From the IMG/VR virus record IMGVR_UViG_3300028833_000057, positions 32,001-96,000 of that record: 64,000 bases of DNA, one strand, 5' to 3'. Below are positions 23,501 to 31,798 of this stretch, in pieces (position 1 is the first letter of the stretch; each line of letters begins with the position of its first letter). The notes below the pieces were generated by a model. The model was not told where the DNA came from. It did not search any database and worked only from the letters and a program-made list of their open reading frames with translations. Made by a program: the position numbers and the translations under genes. The DNA is from a virus (lineage: Duplodnaviria > Caudoviricetes).

Positions 23501-23939
23501 TCATGCTATAGATACGCTAGATAATCAGATAAAAGCACTATCTGGCGGTAAAAAAGAATTAAAGCAAAGTGTACGTGATATATATACATCTAAAGAATTA
23601 CCATTGGATAAAGATGGTAAACCATATAGACCCAAACAAATACATACAAAATATGGTGTACAACATCCTAATATTACTCAAACTGCTTCAACTGGTGGTA
23701 AAGGTGATACCGGTGATGATGAGACATCAAGTTCGTCTAGTGGAAATATTATTAATAATTCTGAAATTACTGACTTACTTAAGGGTATATTAACTGCAAT
23801 ATTGTCTCTTAATAAGGGTACAGATAATAGTAAGAATGAAAATATCCTTCAGAAACTATTTATACCTTCTTCTGAAGCATTTAATCCGAATGAATCTGCT
23901 ATGACTCTTCTTGGGTCAAGGCTTTGTGTCGGATTATAA
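17550..23939 (+). CDS. tape-measure-like virion protein with C-terminal M15 (VanY-like) peptidoglycan peptidase
   Basis: 2129 aa; YAKGGYTGKGAKNEPAGVVHKDEYVV tape-measure motif; Gly-rich hydrophobic repeats; Pro/Ala linker; SAYR...PGTSDHETGFAIDI...EHWH zinc peptidase motifs. Confidence 0.75.
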   Translation: MANKRYIKNVIKSFKQVVPDAIGESLPGAKGLINFIKSPAGEGSTIKETFKEIVNDYKTEVDTVTGVFKKFKKGIKTGAFYDRDADIDMSAFGGDFDASFKDDDLFGDNDDWDSSSSEKASSDVGGGSTNVNFVGGGDDNNAGLISGAMAVGSARTVGAIEKGTAINFAVMNSIDARLSRIEEANQKFFSANLELLSSIKSNVEAMVKIQGSKETDLPISQMERLFGDGSQEFNLRLYMRHLSKKVKNNDYASMLPMLGMMNPMNMATMAGTQYLMKKIPFFATVEKMSKMLEGIGQLTLHNMANVKGNGMISKLFRFFGVKTTAEVGKVSLGKMSKGPIPFDGETKEAITRAIPGYLAKILNVMKHGKGAKDDTLEIYDNDQRQFRTAGSIRKKRKESEQYDIGEIRGFIEACVAASGVSGKEEAKVREQIFKVVSDAVLKGKSFGDPDMFSHLSGKMKNIIQGVHRGMINDHNRIRKLQQDAFSYTATKQTQGYSDIEKAVEHAVTNDGGSKETISVSGYFEKKNQGKLEDLLKRLCGNDKGGQDLFKKLMKDYKAFQERKKREPFNWNLTLDKFLEDALGQAQAKKLKDTVDQINAEIYGNSFSKDIEDIIGDIDLSASAEHVAKIEGYADIDSITSQRGKRYANSLSDFTINGIQRLATRGDRATGKILKKFGYAKGGYTGKGAKNEPAGVVHKDEYVVPKEVVNSAQGGKLVRVLEKLRAKFLGGVDSDHTELSNDLVGGDEGVSNRQAQKRLNIYQELTELDIPYDQAITIARMAEVDSKTAKEFIRKAREDKKARNLENKRTKGDFGGDLVEIIKNDVTGPLKEAWLGTKAAVKEGNLTASDILGKAKDMFPGMAKYAGAGLAAGFFLPGGPLMGAITGGAIGALRQNKVLRGYFFGEHDENGDVQKRGLFPKLAGAFIKSIYGKEVGDKAETNLRSFFKNPLSTLASAWKDPQGKKIMLGAGAGGILGSMFGPGGAIIGAFAGGMLGKKKQQSYFSKVLFGDRIVGKDGTVKGYKGGLWQSLSGAFNALVAGPAQAMLVGGSLTDYKDMMSGKISPHKIRANLKKGLANVAGGAAAGGLIGSFFGPGGTLIGALLGSTTGIRPVRAAAKRLMFGKENADTGKKEGGIFGFVKKVGSLAATLASFLANGVDPDKYPFLSKVAKVLGWTIGLPIKIAGGAAKTAGGLLSKFRKFSTSSHTVLSGKDLIAALNADEKASGAEKAIGSGVGIIADNLTEIKDHLIGNTATATAEKAEADNGANTAEEIQEQNKEKEAEKEKKEDKKHRGRLGKTLDKIKGLLGEGNENNKGILGTIVSGITSIIGMMGAKNALNAFSGGIGRFGGKFGKALAVAGIATAAVGIGKGVYQSFSADSPEGKAQGDQNAINGAHLGAQSSILLKMSSLKDKAKNLAGEGIEKAKGIFGKVGGFFKKVGGKIASGAKTAFSWIKDKASALKGIFKETKGVIPKLFKKLSKLVSKFAKRVPLLGAFFVAIEEIMAVKKFVDQGGTSTDKSVSSISPRERILDLVKNSATAFVDLIMLIVSGALTVLLPGIGAAIAGLIAVIDVALSFISGEGIAEYAGKYIAESLGPSIADIFGWTEARNTAWKNGQLEEYDKKHEKDVVNNAKAFVEKVQKEEKPTAIPPVNTTAAPAPAPTAAPGTKPPEPAAPAPAPAAPAPAKAPEFDHERHGKLTIEKFNQRKAAFEARKKAAEDAGKKFNGQFDEQAQLTLAEEEARAEILKEMAAKAGSNETASPGSFDINTYDITKPVKNIWDYVQVIGSGGKETIDKLDSEVKDNLGHLGYIYYSLYGEKLPVNSAYRNPNTQGRIYENGNKDVMELANRATGKKPGQYLSEFKTNFPGTSDHETGFAIDIWNADLPKQNRKKDEIMTRMFGYTGSDPAIVTDPKNPKAHKFKYKDDSVLGIFNRLKSKAKLPGMYRASGGWRPKSQDWNEHWHIQSTPDPKNDAKRWRESYDARVHAIDTLDNQIKALSGGKKELKQSVRDIYTSKELPLDKDGKPYRPKQIHTKYGVQHPNITQTASTGGKGDTGDDETSSSSSGNIINNSEITDLLKGILTAILSLNKGTDNSKNENILQKLFIPSSEAFNPNESAMTLLGSRLCVGL

Positions 23940-24022
23940 AATTAATATACATTACCATATAATGGTAATGTATATTTTTATTATCCAACTTCTAAATGAA
24001 TATAAATAATATAGGTACTATC

Positions 24023-26068
24023 ATGGAACTATATACCGACATAGATAAAAAATCTGGCAAAGTTATGGCCAATAATACAGCCGCTAGCGCATGGCTAGTA
24101 GGAAGATCTGTCAAAGAACAGACCGAAGCTAAGGAAGCATTAGATAATTTACATAAAAATCCAGAAGTTGGAAATTCCAGGTATGGTATACCTACAATTA
24201 GAGAAAGACTACAATACAGAGCCGACAGTGCTACAGCTGTTGCAAACGTTGGTGATATAGATAATATAAAAGATGTAGTTAACAGACGCGTTGCTCAGCT
24301 TATGTATGGTGAAGCTATGGGCGATGAAGATCTTTACCAACGTATATGTGAAGAGTATACTGGAAGTTCTACACCTAACAGGTCTGTATCTTTTTTTACT
24401 AAGTTATTTGGTGGAAGTGGTACACAGGTATCAGATGATGCAAAAACTCTTGGATTAGGATTTAATAAAGAAAAGGCAATGAAAGCCTTTACAAATATGA
24501 TCCGAGGAAACTATAAGCCAAAAGATTCTGCGAATTTAGCACAATTTAATCAGGCATTAGATAAAATGACTGACTTTTCACTAGAGTCTCTTAGTGAAGT
24601 CTTTAAATACTCTGGTCCTGCTGAAGATTTAGGTGATCTTGCAGATTCTGCAGGTATGATGTGGGATGTTGCTAAAAAAATTGCTGAAGGAACAACAAAA
24701 CTAAATCCAATGTCATTTATGGCAGCAGGTACTGCATTTGTAGACTTTTGGAAAAGTAAAAAACGATTTAAATGGATACGTAATGCTGTATTTGGTGAAT
24801 CATTAATTGGTCCAGAAGATTCACATGTTGGTAATGTGATGGCTTTAAGATCAAGAATAATGGGGCTTCCTCCTGCACTTCTAAATGCAGTAGATCCATT
24901 AGCAAGAGCATATAATAATAATGTAATAGCTACACAGCATGTGATGACAATTGTTCCAGGAATATTTGATTATACTGGTATCGCATGGGCTACTAAAAGA
25001 GGATTCTCTACTCCTGCTCTTGAAGAAGAAATGAAATCATTTTTAAATGGTACATCACAGACGCTAGTCTTTGATGCTACATCTATTACTAGAAATCTAA
25101 TTGATACTCTTAATAAGAAAAATAGAAGACTAGCAAACTTCTCTCCGCAAATTGGTACTTTCCTTAGAGTATATAATACTCTTATGAGTAGATTCATAGC
25201 AAGACTTTCTCCAACATCTGCAACTGCTGTTTTAATAGATGGATGGAAAGGTGCTGATGAAACAAAGTTTGATAATAGACTTGTAACTACCGGATGGGGT
25301 GGCATTGAATTTGCCATAAATTCAAATACTACTGTTAGTGAAACGGCTTCTAGTTCTTGGGGTCAAGGCACTACTGAAGGTATGATGCAAGCTTGGGAAG
25401 GTGCATTAAATAAAGTTACCGATTCTATAAAAAGTATTTTAGGTAGTGGTTTTACAGATTTCTTTAATAAGCATAAATCTATAACGAACTTCCCTAAGCA
25501 TTGGGAAGGCAGTAGCTTTAATAAGTCATATACGCTATCATTTAGATTGGAATGTCCTTATGGTAGTACTGATCATCTTCTTGAATATGTATATAAGCCA
25601 TTTGCATCTTTACTTGCAATGACTATGCCTATATTTGAGAATGAAAACTCATATAGCTCTCCATTTATAGTAAGAGTAGATTGTCCGGGCTTCTTTTCCA
25701 TTGATGCCGGTGCAATTACATCATTAGATATAAGAAGAGGCGTTGATGAGAATTCATGGTCAGCACAAGGCATGGCTACATGTCTAGAAATTACTATGAC
25801 TATTATGGATATGTATGAAACTATGGCTCTTCCAGTTGGCCCTGCATCTTTCTTTGTAAACTATCCAATGCAGACATATATAGATAATATTGCCGGTATG
25901 AACTATAAGGAAATTTATACTGGTGGTTCTTTCGCATCGGCTGCCCGTACATATGCTGCATATACAAGAGCATTACCTGATGTATATAAGAACGTTATTA
26001 AGAGTAAAGCTAGTGAAAAGGCGTGGAAATTACCAGGCAGCCTTTGGGGTACTAGTAAAAATCGATAA
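24023..26068 (+). CDS. putative baseplate / tail-tube-initiator-like structural protein
   Basis: Follows the tape-measure-like gene; C-terminal FPKHWEGSSFNKSYTLSFRL...SPFIVRV...ITSLDIRRG pattern resembles tube-fold baseplate proteins; AACT-N6-TG at 23987-23998 favours start 24023 (ORF track 23996). Confidence 0.55.
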   Translation: MELYTDIDKKSGKVMANNTAASAWLVGRSVKEQTEAKEALDNLHKNPEVGNSRYGIPTIRERLQYRADSATAVANVGDIDNIKDVVNRRVAQLMYGEAMGDEDLYQRICEEYTGSSTPNRSVSFFTKLFGGSGTQVSDDAKTLGLGFNKEKAMKAFTNMIRGNYKPKDSANLAQFNQALDKMTDFSLESLSEVFKYSGPAEDLGDLADSAGMMWDVAKKIAEGTTKLNPMSFMAAGTAFVDFWKSKKRFKWIRNAVFGESLIGPEDSHVGNVMALRSRIMGLPPALLNAVDPLARAYNNNVIATQHVMTIVPGIFDYTGIAWATKRGFSTPALEEEMKSFLNGTSQTLVFDATSITRNLIDTLNKKNRRLANFSPQIGTFLRVYNTLMSRFIARLSPTSATAVLIDGWKGADETKFDNRLVTTGWGGIEFAINSNTTVSETASSSWGQGTTEGMMQAWEGALNKVTDSIKSILGSGFTDFFNKHKSITNFPKHWEGSSFNKSYTLSFRLECPYGSTDHLLEYVYKPFASLLAMTMPIFENENSYSSPFIVRVDCPGFFSIDAGAITSLDIRRGVDENSWSAQGMATCLEITMTIMDMYETMALPVGPASFFVNYPMQTYIDNIAGMNYKEIYTGGSFASAARTYAAYTRALPDVYKNVIKSKASEKAWKLPGSLWGTSKNR

Positions 26069-26154
26069 TATTGATATTATATTCATATATTAAAAAATGA
26101 CCATGATCGAGTGATCATGGTCAATTAACCCAAAGCGAAAAAGGACAAAGAACT

Positions 26155-26553
26155 ATGAGTAAGTTCTTGCAGGGATTGCGTAGTGATATGGTCGCTACGT
26201 ACAAAAGGAAAAAGAAGGCTGTCATTAAGGCAGCTATGGCAGTAGCTAGCTTCAAAATGGGGGAAAACCAAGTAGGCGATGGCCTCTTCACTTTTGGAGA
26301 TTACTCCGAAGGCGATGAGCTTGCCTTCCTTGGTTCCACCAAGGATTGTTTCAAGTTGAAAGGTGACTTTGTTGTCACTGCTTGTCAAAGAACGATTGAC
26401 GACAACGGACAAGTGACATTACTTGTTCGTGACGATCGTCCTGATAAACAGGGTAACAAAGTCAGGGATCTCCTGAAAAATGGAGACATGGAAGTGGTGA
26501 ACTTCCTACTTTACTTGGAACCGATCCTTCAGGTTGAACTGAAAGACGAATAA
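26155..26553 (+). CDS. hypothetical early protein
   Basis: 132-aa ORF; TATATTAAA promoter near 26086, AAGGA RBS, GC-rich terminator after it. Confidence 0.75.
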   Translation: MSKFLQGLRSDMVATYKRKKKAVIKAAMAVASFKMGENQVGDGLFTFGDYSEGDELAFLGSTKDCFKLKGDFVVTACQRTIDDNGQVTLLVRDDRPDKQGNKVRDLLKNGDMEVVNFLLYLEPILQVELKDE

Positions 26554-26580
26554 GCTACTGTGAGGATTTTGTCCTCGCTT

Positions 26581-26621
26581 GGGGAGGGGCGGGCGGTGCC
26601 TGTCTCTCCCCTTCTTTTTTT
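26581..26621 (+). terminator. intrinsic terminator
   Basis: GGGGAGGGGCGGGC-GGT-GCCTGTCTCTCCCC stem plus T-run. Confidence 0.75.
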
Positions 26622-26862
26622 ACTCTAATTCATATAGATTATTATCTTTGAGAACTTCAGGAAGATCTTTTATTGCACAAGTAGTTATTAATAGATCTTC
26701 CACAAATAAATCAGCCTTATCATTTTTTATATCATAGCATATATATGCTGATAAGCCTTTATCATTTTTATATTTAGAGATTTCAAATTCTGAAGCTCTC
26801 CAATATTTTAGGACGCCTTCTATTTTTTTATACTTGAAGACTGCAAAATCACAAATATCCAT
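26620..26862 (-). CDS. small hypothetical protein
   Basis: ATG overlaps the RusA stop (TAATG coupling); ORF track extends to 26886. Confidence 0.6.
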   Translation of the reverse strand: MDICDFAVFKYKKIEGVLKYWRASEFEISKYKNDKGLSAYICYDIKNDKADLFVEDLLITTCAIKDLPEVLKDNNLYELE

Positions 26863-27401
26863 TATACAAATGGCTGATCTGCCCAAGTCATAATAATTTC
26901 AGTTCTAGGAGTATATGATAGATATTTTTCTGAAACTATTTTAGTAATTTGAGCATCATCTCTATAAGTAATTCCATTAAGAGCGTCCTGAATTAGCTTA
27001 ATGAAATTATCAACATCTGGCCTACCAAGAGGTCTTAGAATCTCGGCTTCGTAAAGTAGAGCAATAGGTTTAGGTAGTGACTTTGGAATTGGTCTATACG
27101 CCTTAATAAACATCTGAATCTCGCCTTGGATCATAGATATTTCTTGACCAAATTCTTCTTCAAAATAAGACTGAATTACACGTTTTTCAGGCGTATTAGG
27201 GTCATACATACCTGATATTCTTGAAGCTCTATGACGTTTCCAAGCTTTAGGAGATCCATAAATAATAATTTTCTTTGAGTTAGTAAGCTCAAGAGATTTA
27301 GTAGATAAGAAATTATCTAATTTCTTTATTATCTTGTCATCAATTTCGAAAGGGATATTTGGATGAGATGCCAAGATATTTTTGATATCTAAACCAGTCA
27401 T
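26862..27401 (-). CDS. rusA: RusA-family Holliday junction resolvase
   Basis: RPDVDNFIKLIQDALNGITYRDDAQITKIVSEKY matches the RusA DxDN...D...DD..I.....K signature. Confidence 0.9.
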   Translation of the reverse strand: MTGLDIKNILASHPNIPFEIDDKIIKKLDNFLSTKSLELTNSKKIIIYGSPKAWKRHRASRISGMYDPNTPEKRVIQSYFEEEFGQEISMIQGEIQMFIKAYRPIPKSLPKPIALLYEAEILRPLGRPDVDNFIKLIQDALNGITYRDDAQITKIVSEKYLSYTPRTEIIMTWADQPFV

Positions 27402-27458
27402 AATTTACCAAAAAAAAAAATGAATCACCATCATGATGATTCATTTTTAAGTTAATAA

Positions 27459-27965
27459 TTAAGAATTTCCTACAACTTGCTTGACATTATCATCTAGATT
27501 TTTTCTTGATGAGTATAAATGGAATAGTGAAAGATATATTTTTTTATTTTGTTCATAAATAATAAATTTTATCTTTCTTTTTAAGTTAGCAGAAATTACA
27601 TTTACACTATTATCATGCAAGAATTTATCAAGATGTTTAAATTTATACATATACTTAACTTGACAAACATCTAACTGTAATTCATCACATTTATCTATAG
27701 CTTCACTAAATGGTTCAAAATTAGCGAGCATTATAAAATCTTCAAATGAGTGAATATTCAACACTGAATCAACTTCTTTGAGATCCATGATGTCGAAACC
27801 GGCATCATTGGCAAATATAGCATTTGTTCCTGAAGTAAAATTATATAAACAATTTTCATGATCCTTTAATACTTCAAAGAACGGCATAGTAGAAGAGAGA
27901 TTATTTATCTTCTTGCCTAATTTCAAAGCTTTAGTACACATCATTTCAAGATTGCAGTTGTTCAT
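27459..27965 (-). CDS. hypothetical protein
   Basis: AAAGGA RBS before MNNCN (27965); ORF track begins at 27989. Confidence 0.65.
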   Translation of the reverse strand: MNNCNLEMMCTKALKLGKKINNLSSTMPFFEVLKDHENCLYNFTSGTNAIFANDAGFDIMDLKEVDSVLNIHSFEDFIMLANFEPFSEAIDKCDELQLDVCQVKYMYKFKHLDKFLHDNSVNVISANLKRKIKFIIYEQNKKIYLSLFHLYSSRKNLDDNVKQVVGNS

Positions 27966-27999
27966 GACTTTCCTTTGTAACAGTTGCAATATAAGGTTC

Positions 28000-28518
28000 T
28001 TATGACCAGAATATCAATATTTGTAGTAAATTAACTACTAATACTATGCTATGAAGCCATGCATATGATTTTTTAGTTAATAGCTTTTTATAGCAGAATG
28101 TCAAACTAATACCTAATAAGACGGTAATTCCAAATACTGTATACGTTAATATTGTCTTATCAAAGTATAATGCTAAACATGTTAGCAACGATGCAATTAC
28201 AATATGCCTTAGACATATAGATACGAGAAGTAATTCCAAACCAGTAGATAGATAAAACATTGTAGACAATTTAATGAAACTTGTTTTGGCTTCAAATGAA
28301 GTATCTTCTTCAAAACTTTTTAACTGGACTACATAATTTTCATAAGGTAGTTCGGGTGTTTTATGAGTTAATCTATCATAAAGAAGACTCTTTGCCATAG
28401 TGTATGCTTCTTCAGTAGTATTAGCTCTAACCTTTATATTTTCTTCAAATTCTTCTATTAGAATATCATCTGTATACAAAGATACATTATAAATCGCTTC
28501 AAATGGAGTGGATGGCAT
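28000..28518 (-). CDS. membrane protein
   Basis: 172 aa; several hydrophobic segments in the C-terminal half. Confidence 0.7.
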   Translation of the reverse strand: MPSTPFEAIYNVSLYTDDILIEEFEENIKVRANTTEEAYTMAKSLLYDRLTHKTPELPYENYVVQLKSFEEDTSFEAKTSFIKLSTMFYLSTGLELLLVSICLRHIVIASLLTCLALYFDKTILTYTVFGITVLLGISLTFCYKKLLTKKSYAWLHSIVLVVNLLQILIFWS

Positions 28519-28558
28519 ATTTCTAACTTTCTATTGAATTTAACAAGGATTTTGTATT

Positions 28559-28990
28559 ATGACTGACGCACAGTTAACATCTTTAGTTTCAACTTACTCT
28601 GCTTCAGATGTAGTAGAGTTTATCAATAAATACGTTCATAAGATATATCTTGACCCATCGTCTTCAATTAATATTTCATGCGATTTTGATTATAATAAGA
28701 AAGAGGTCATTGATCAAGTGCATTATTGCACCGATTATAGCGATGGTATGCTAACGCTAGTTCCAGCCGATGACACAATGATGGCTAGGATGTACTATAA
28801 TAAGCATGTTAGTATTGAAGCCATTCGTGAGTTTGAATGTTATGCAACTGTTCAGAATGAATATATGAAGGAAGCAATTAGAAAGGCTAAGGAGCTTAAA
28901 TTGGCTAATAAGAAGCCTTACTTAACAAAACCTGTTAATTATCAGGCTTTGTCTGATTCTAAGTCTTATCCTCCGGCTTCTGAAGGGTAA
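28559..28990 (+). CDS. hypothetical late protein
   Basis: 143 aa; AACT-N6-TG at 28525-28536, AAGGA RBS, bidirectional terminator after it. Confidence 0.7.
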   Translation: MTDAQLTSLVSTYSASDVVEFINKYVHKIYLDPSSSINISCDFDYNKKEVIDQVHYCTDYSDGMLTLVPADDTMMARMYYNKHVSIEAIREFECYATVQNEYMKEAIRKAKELKLANKKPYLTKPVNYQALSDSKSYPPASEG

Positions 28991-29033
28991 AAAAGAAGGT
29001 AGTATGGAAAACCATACTACCTCTTTATTTGAG

Positions 29034-29828
29034 CTACTTAAGAAGGTTAGAAGCACGGGCAAGATTCTTCTCTTCACGACGCTTCTGTTTTTCTTTCTGC
29101 TTATCCAGATTATTTACAACCTTCTCCAAATGTTCCTTATAAAGTGGCCAGATGTATTCTGTATCATGCTTATTAGGAATGACAACTACATTACCTTCAG
29201 CATCTTGACCACGTTCACCTGCGACAAACTTACCATCCTTGTCGAAGGAGCAAACTTTCTTGATTTCATTCAAAACTCTCACAGCCTTAATTTCTTCGTG
29301 AGGGCCAATGAAACAAATTAATCCGTTAGGTTCACGGAAACAGCAGGGCTTCTGATAATGCCCGAAATAGAATCCTGCAAAGTTAAGACTGTATTCAGTC
29401 ACTAGGCTATTAAACCAATTCTCAATAGACTCCAAGAACTGTTTTGCAGATTCATTAGTAAGGTTATCCATTCCTTCAACATTTTCGCCAAGGAACTTCT
29501 TAAAAGATTCAATGATCTTATTTCTACCAATTCTCTTAGACTTAGCTTCCTCTTCTTCTTTAGCAGCTTTTTCAGCAGCACGCTTAAGAGAGAATTTCTT
29601 TACCTTTTCGGCATTGGAAACTTTCTTGACTGGTTTTTCTTCTACTACAGGAGCTTCATCCTTAGGTTCTTCATCGAGTACTTCTTCGGCGTCATCATTG
29701 TCTTCGCCTGCATCTTCTTCGACTTCACTTTCAGCATGAACTTCAGCTACAATCTTTTCTTCATCAGCTTCCTCGGGTTCAACCGGTTTCGGTGCAGCCT
29801 TTGCGGAAGTTCTGGGTTTGAGATTCAT
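29034..29828 (-). CDS. divergent HU/IHF-like DNA-binding protein with acidic N-terminal extension
   Basis: GRNKIIESFKK...LTNESAKQFLESIE...SLNFAGFYF...REPNGL..IGPH resembles the HU helix-helix-beta-arm pattern; AAAGGA RBS before MNLKP. Confidence 0.45.
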   Translation of the reverse strand: MNLKPRTSAKAAPKPVEPEEADEEKIVAEVHAESEVEEDAGEDNDDAEEVLDEEPKDEAPVVEEKPVKKVSNAEKVKKFSLKRAAEKAAKEEEEAKSKRIGRNKIIESFKKFLGENVEGMDNLTNESAKQFLESIENWFNSLVTEYSLNFAGFYFGHYQKPCCFREPNGLICFIGPHEEIKAVRVLNEIKKVCSFDKDGKFVAGERGQDAEGNVVVIPNKHDTEYIWPLYKEHLEKVVNNLDKQKEKQKRREEKNLARASNLLK

Positions 29829-29928
29829 AGTTTTATTCCTTTGCAATTGTTTGTAATAATTATAATTAATACATACAATCTTGCGATTGTACCAGAATTT
29901 AATATATAAATATAAGATTTAAGAAATA

Positions 29929-30073
29929 AAAAAAAAATAGTGGCAAGGAACCAGGGAGAGTTCCTTGCCACTTTGTCCTCGCCATTATAGTGTTGTGGTA
30001 AAATGTGCGTAGGACTTTTTCCAAGGAGCCATCCTTAGAAAACTTTTTAGACTTATTATAAAGTCTATCACAT
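29929..30073 (-). ncRNA. candidate structured small RNA (about 140 nt)
   Basis: Lies between a TATATTAAA promoter (about 30074-30082) and a strong terminator (29940-29971); several hairpins; no credible ORF. Confidence 0.45.
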
Positions 30074-30177
30074 TTTAATATAATATTAAAACGTATAATA
30101 TTACATTTATATGTTATTCTATAAAACTCAACTAAATATTGTAATGAAGTCTTTTCTTACTTATAAGGCACCCCCAA

Positions 30178-30369
30178 ATGAAACACTATAAATATATGCT
30201 TAATGCAGATTATTTGGTAATAGATATCGAAACGGATGAGATATCTATGGCAGATAGAGACTTTGATAATAAGCTACTATCTGATGATATGGACTATGAA
30301 ACAGAGATGTATGACATCCCAGATCCATGGTTTAGATCTTTCTTTGACAATATTTATGAGTGTACTTAG
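30178..30369 (+). CDS. small acidic hypothetical protein
   Basis: 63 aa; AACT-N6-TG upstream near 30130. Confidence 0.55.
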   Translation: MKHYKYMLNADYLVIDIETDEISMADRDFDNKLLSDDMDYETEMYDIPDPWFRSFFDNIYECT

Positions 30370-30466
30370 CGTAGATTTCCGTAAGAAGATTATATATTAA
30401 GGTTTGGATGAAATAGGATATGGTGTGGTACCATATCCTAAAACAAACATCCAAAAGGAGCCATCT

Positions 30467-30691
30467 ATGGAACTGGAAATTATTTCCGCAATTCTTTTCG
30501 CAGCAGGATTTCTTGGTGCCCTTCGAAAGAAGGCAGCATATGGAGTTCTTGTTATCATTTGTTCCATCATTTTCCGTGCTAATAGTGATGTTGGCACCGA
30601 TCTCTGGTGGGCATCATGCTTGTTCATCCTAGTCGGTGCAGGAATGGTTACATTCTTGCCTATCAAGAATGAAGAAAAAGAAGAAGCATAA
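30467..30691 (+). CDS. small membrane protein (about 3 TM)
   Basis: AAGGAG RBS before MELEII; three hydrophobic segments. Confidence 0.7.
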   Translation: MELEIISAILFAAGFLGALRKKAAYGVLVIICSIIFRANSDVGTDLWWASCLFILVGAGMVTFLPIKNEEKEEA

Positions 30692-30715
30692 AGCTTCTTC
30701 TTTTTTTTTTGTAAA

Positions 30716-31396
30716 TTAATCAGAACTCTTTGAAGAATCAGAAGATGAAGAATCAGAAGAACCGGTATCTTCTTCGTCTTTAGCTTCCTCAACCTTGGCA
30801 GTCACGACAGACATAAGGACATTGCCCTGCATACCAGTAATAGTAGCCTGAATCATAAATTCAGATGTAGCTGGAAGACCATCATGAGCCGGAGTAACAA
30901 CTTCAACTCTCTTAACAACTACTTCCGCATTTTCCACCGCGACTTCACGAATTTCAAAACCGTCAGCAGCCTGTAAGAAAAGTTCCTTATCTTCAGCAGG
31001 CTTCTTTGCCTTACCAGATTTAGAATCAATAAAGCAGTCAGTAACATCGATATCCTCTGGGTCACCTAGGGAATCGACATCCTCGCCAACCTTAAAGTTT
31101 AAATCACCAACAAATGTAATCTTCTTAGTGGCATTGGCTTCGCGTACAATAGATTCGATATTATCAAGATCCTTAAAGTCGTCAATGACCTGATCATCAA
31201 TACTGAGTACAGAAAGATTTTTGTATTTAAGGAACATGCCGTTATTGCGACCATTAACTTTCTGCTGAACGCTCATACCATCTTTCTGAGATTCAACGGA
31301 AAGAGCTTCACCCATATAAATGGTTTCCATAGGAACTTCAGCATTAGCTTTCTTATCCCAGAACTTTTCTGTAAATTTGGCTATAACCTTAATCAT
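30716..31396 (-). CDS. putative virion protein with Ser/Asp-rich tail
   Basis: 226 aa, last gene of a coupled late operon; shares N-terminal pattern with the two upstream genes. Confidence 0.65.
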   Translation of the reverse strand: MIKVIAKFTEKFWDKKANAEVPMETIYMGEALSVESQKDGMSVQQKVNGRNNGMFLKYKNLSVLSIDDQVIDDFKDLDNIESIVREANATKKITFVGDLNFKVGEDVDSLGDPEDIDVTDCFIDSKSGKAKKPAEDKELFLQAADGFEIREVAVENAEVVVKRVEVVTPAHDGLPATSEFMIQATITGMQGNVLMSVVTAKVEEAKDEEDTGSSDSSSSDSSKSSD

Positions 31397-31794
31397 TATC
31401 CTTCACCTCCTTCAGTAACATCTGAATCAGCATTGCTACCGTCATCAGTGCTACTACCTTCTTCATCCGCAGTAGAGCTACCACCTTCATCATCTGCGCT
31501 GGAAGAATCACTACTATCACTAGAGCTAGAATCATCGCTACCAGTAGGAGCGAGAGCTTTTGTAATAGCTTCCATTGTAAATGTGTCAATAGCAACATCA
31601 TTAACAGAAAGAGAAATCATAGTATCGTAGAAGAAAGAACAAGCCTTGCCTCTAGAATCTTTAACAGCCAGCATTGTAGGAAGTGCTATAACACTTGAAC
31701 AATCCATGACCTTAGTGTGTTCCAGAGTATCGTAAATATCGCCAGTATTTTCGACGACACCACGCTCTGTATATTTAACAGCTACATTAATCAT
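31396..31794 (-). CDS. putative virion protein with Ser/Asp-rich tail
   Basis: 132 aa; low-complexity SDDSSSSDSS tail; TAATG coupling to next gene. Confidence 0.65.
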   Translation of the reverse strand: MINVAVKYTERGVVENTGDIYDTLEHTKVMDCSSVIALPTMLAVKDSRGKACSFFYDTMISLSVNDVAIDTFTMEAITKALAPTGSDDSSSSDSSDSSSADDEGGSSTADEEGSSTDDGSNADSDVTEGGEG

Positions 31795-31798
31795 AGTG

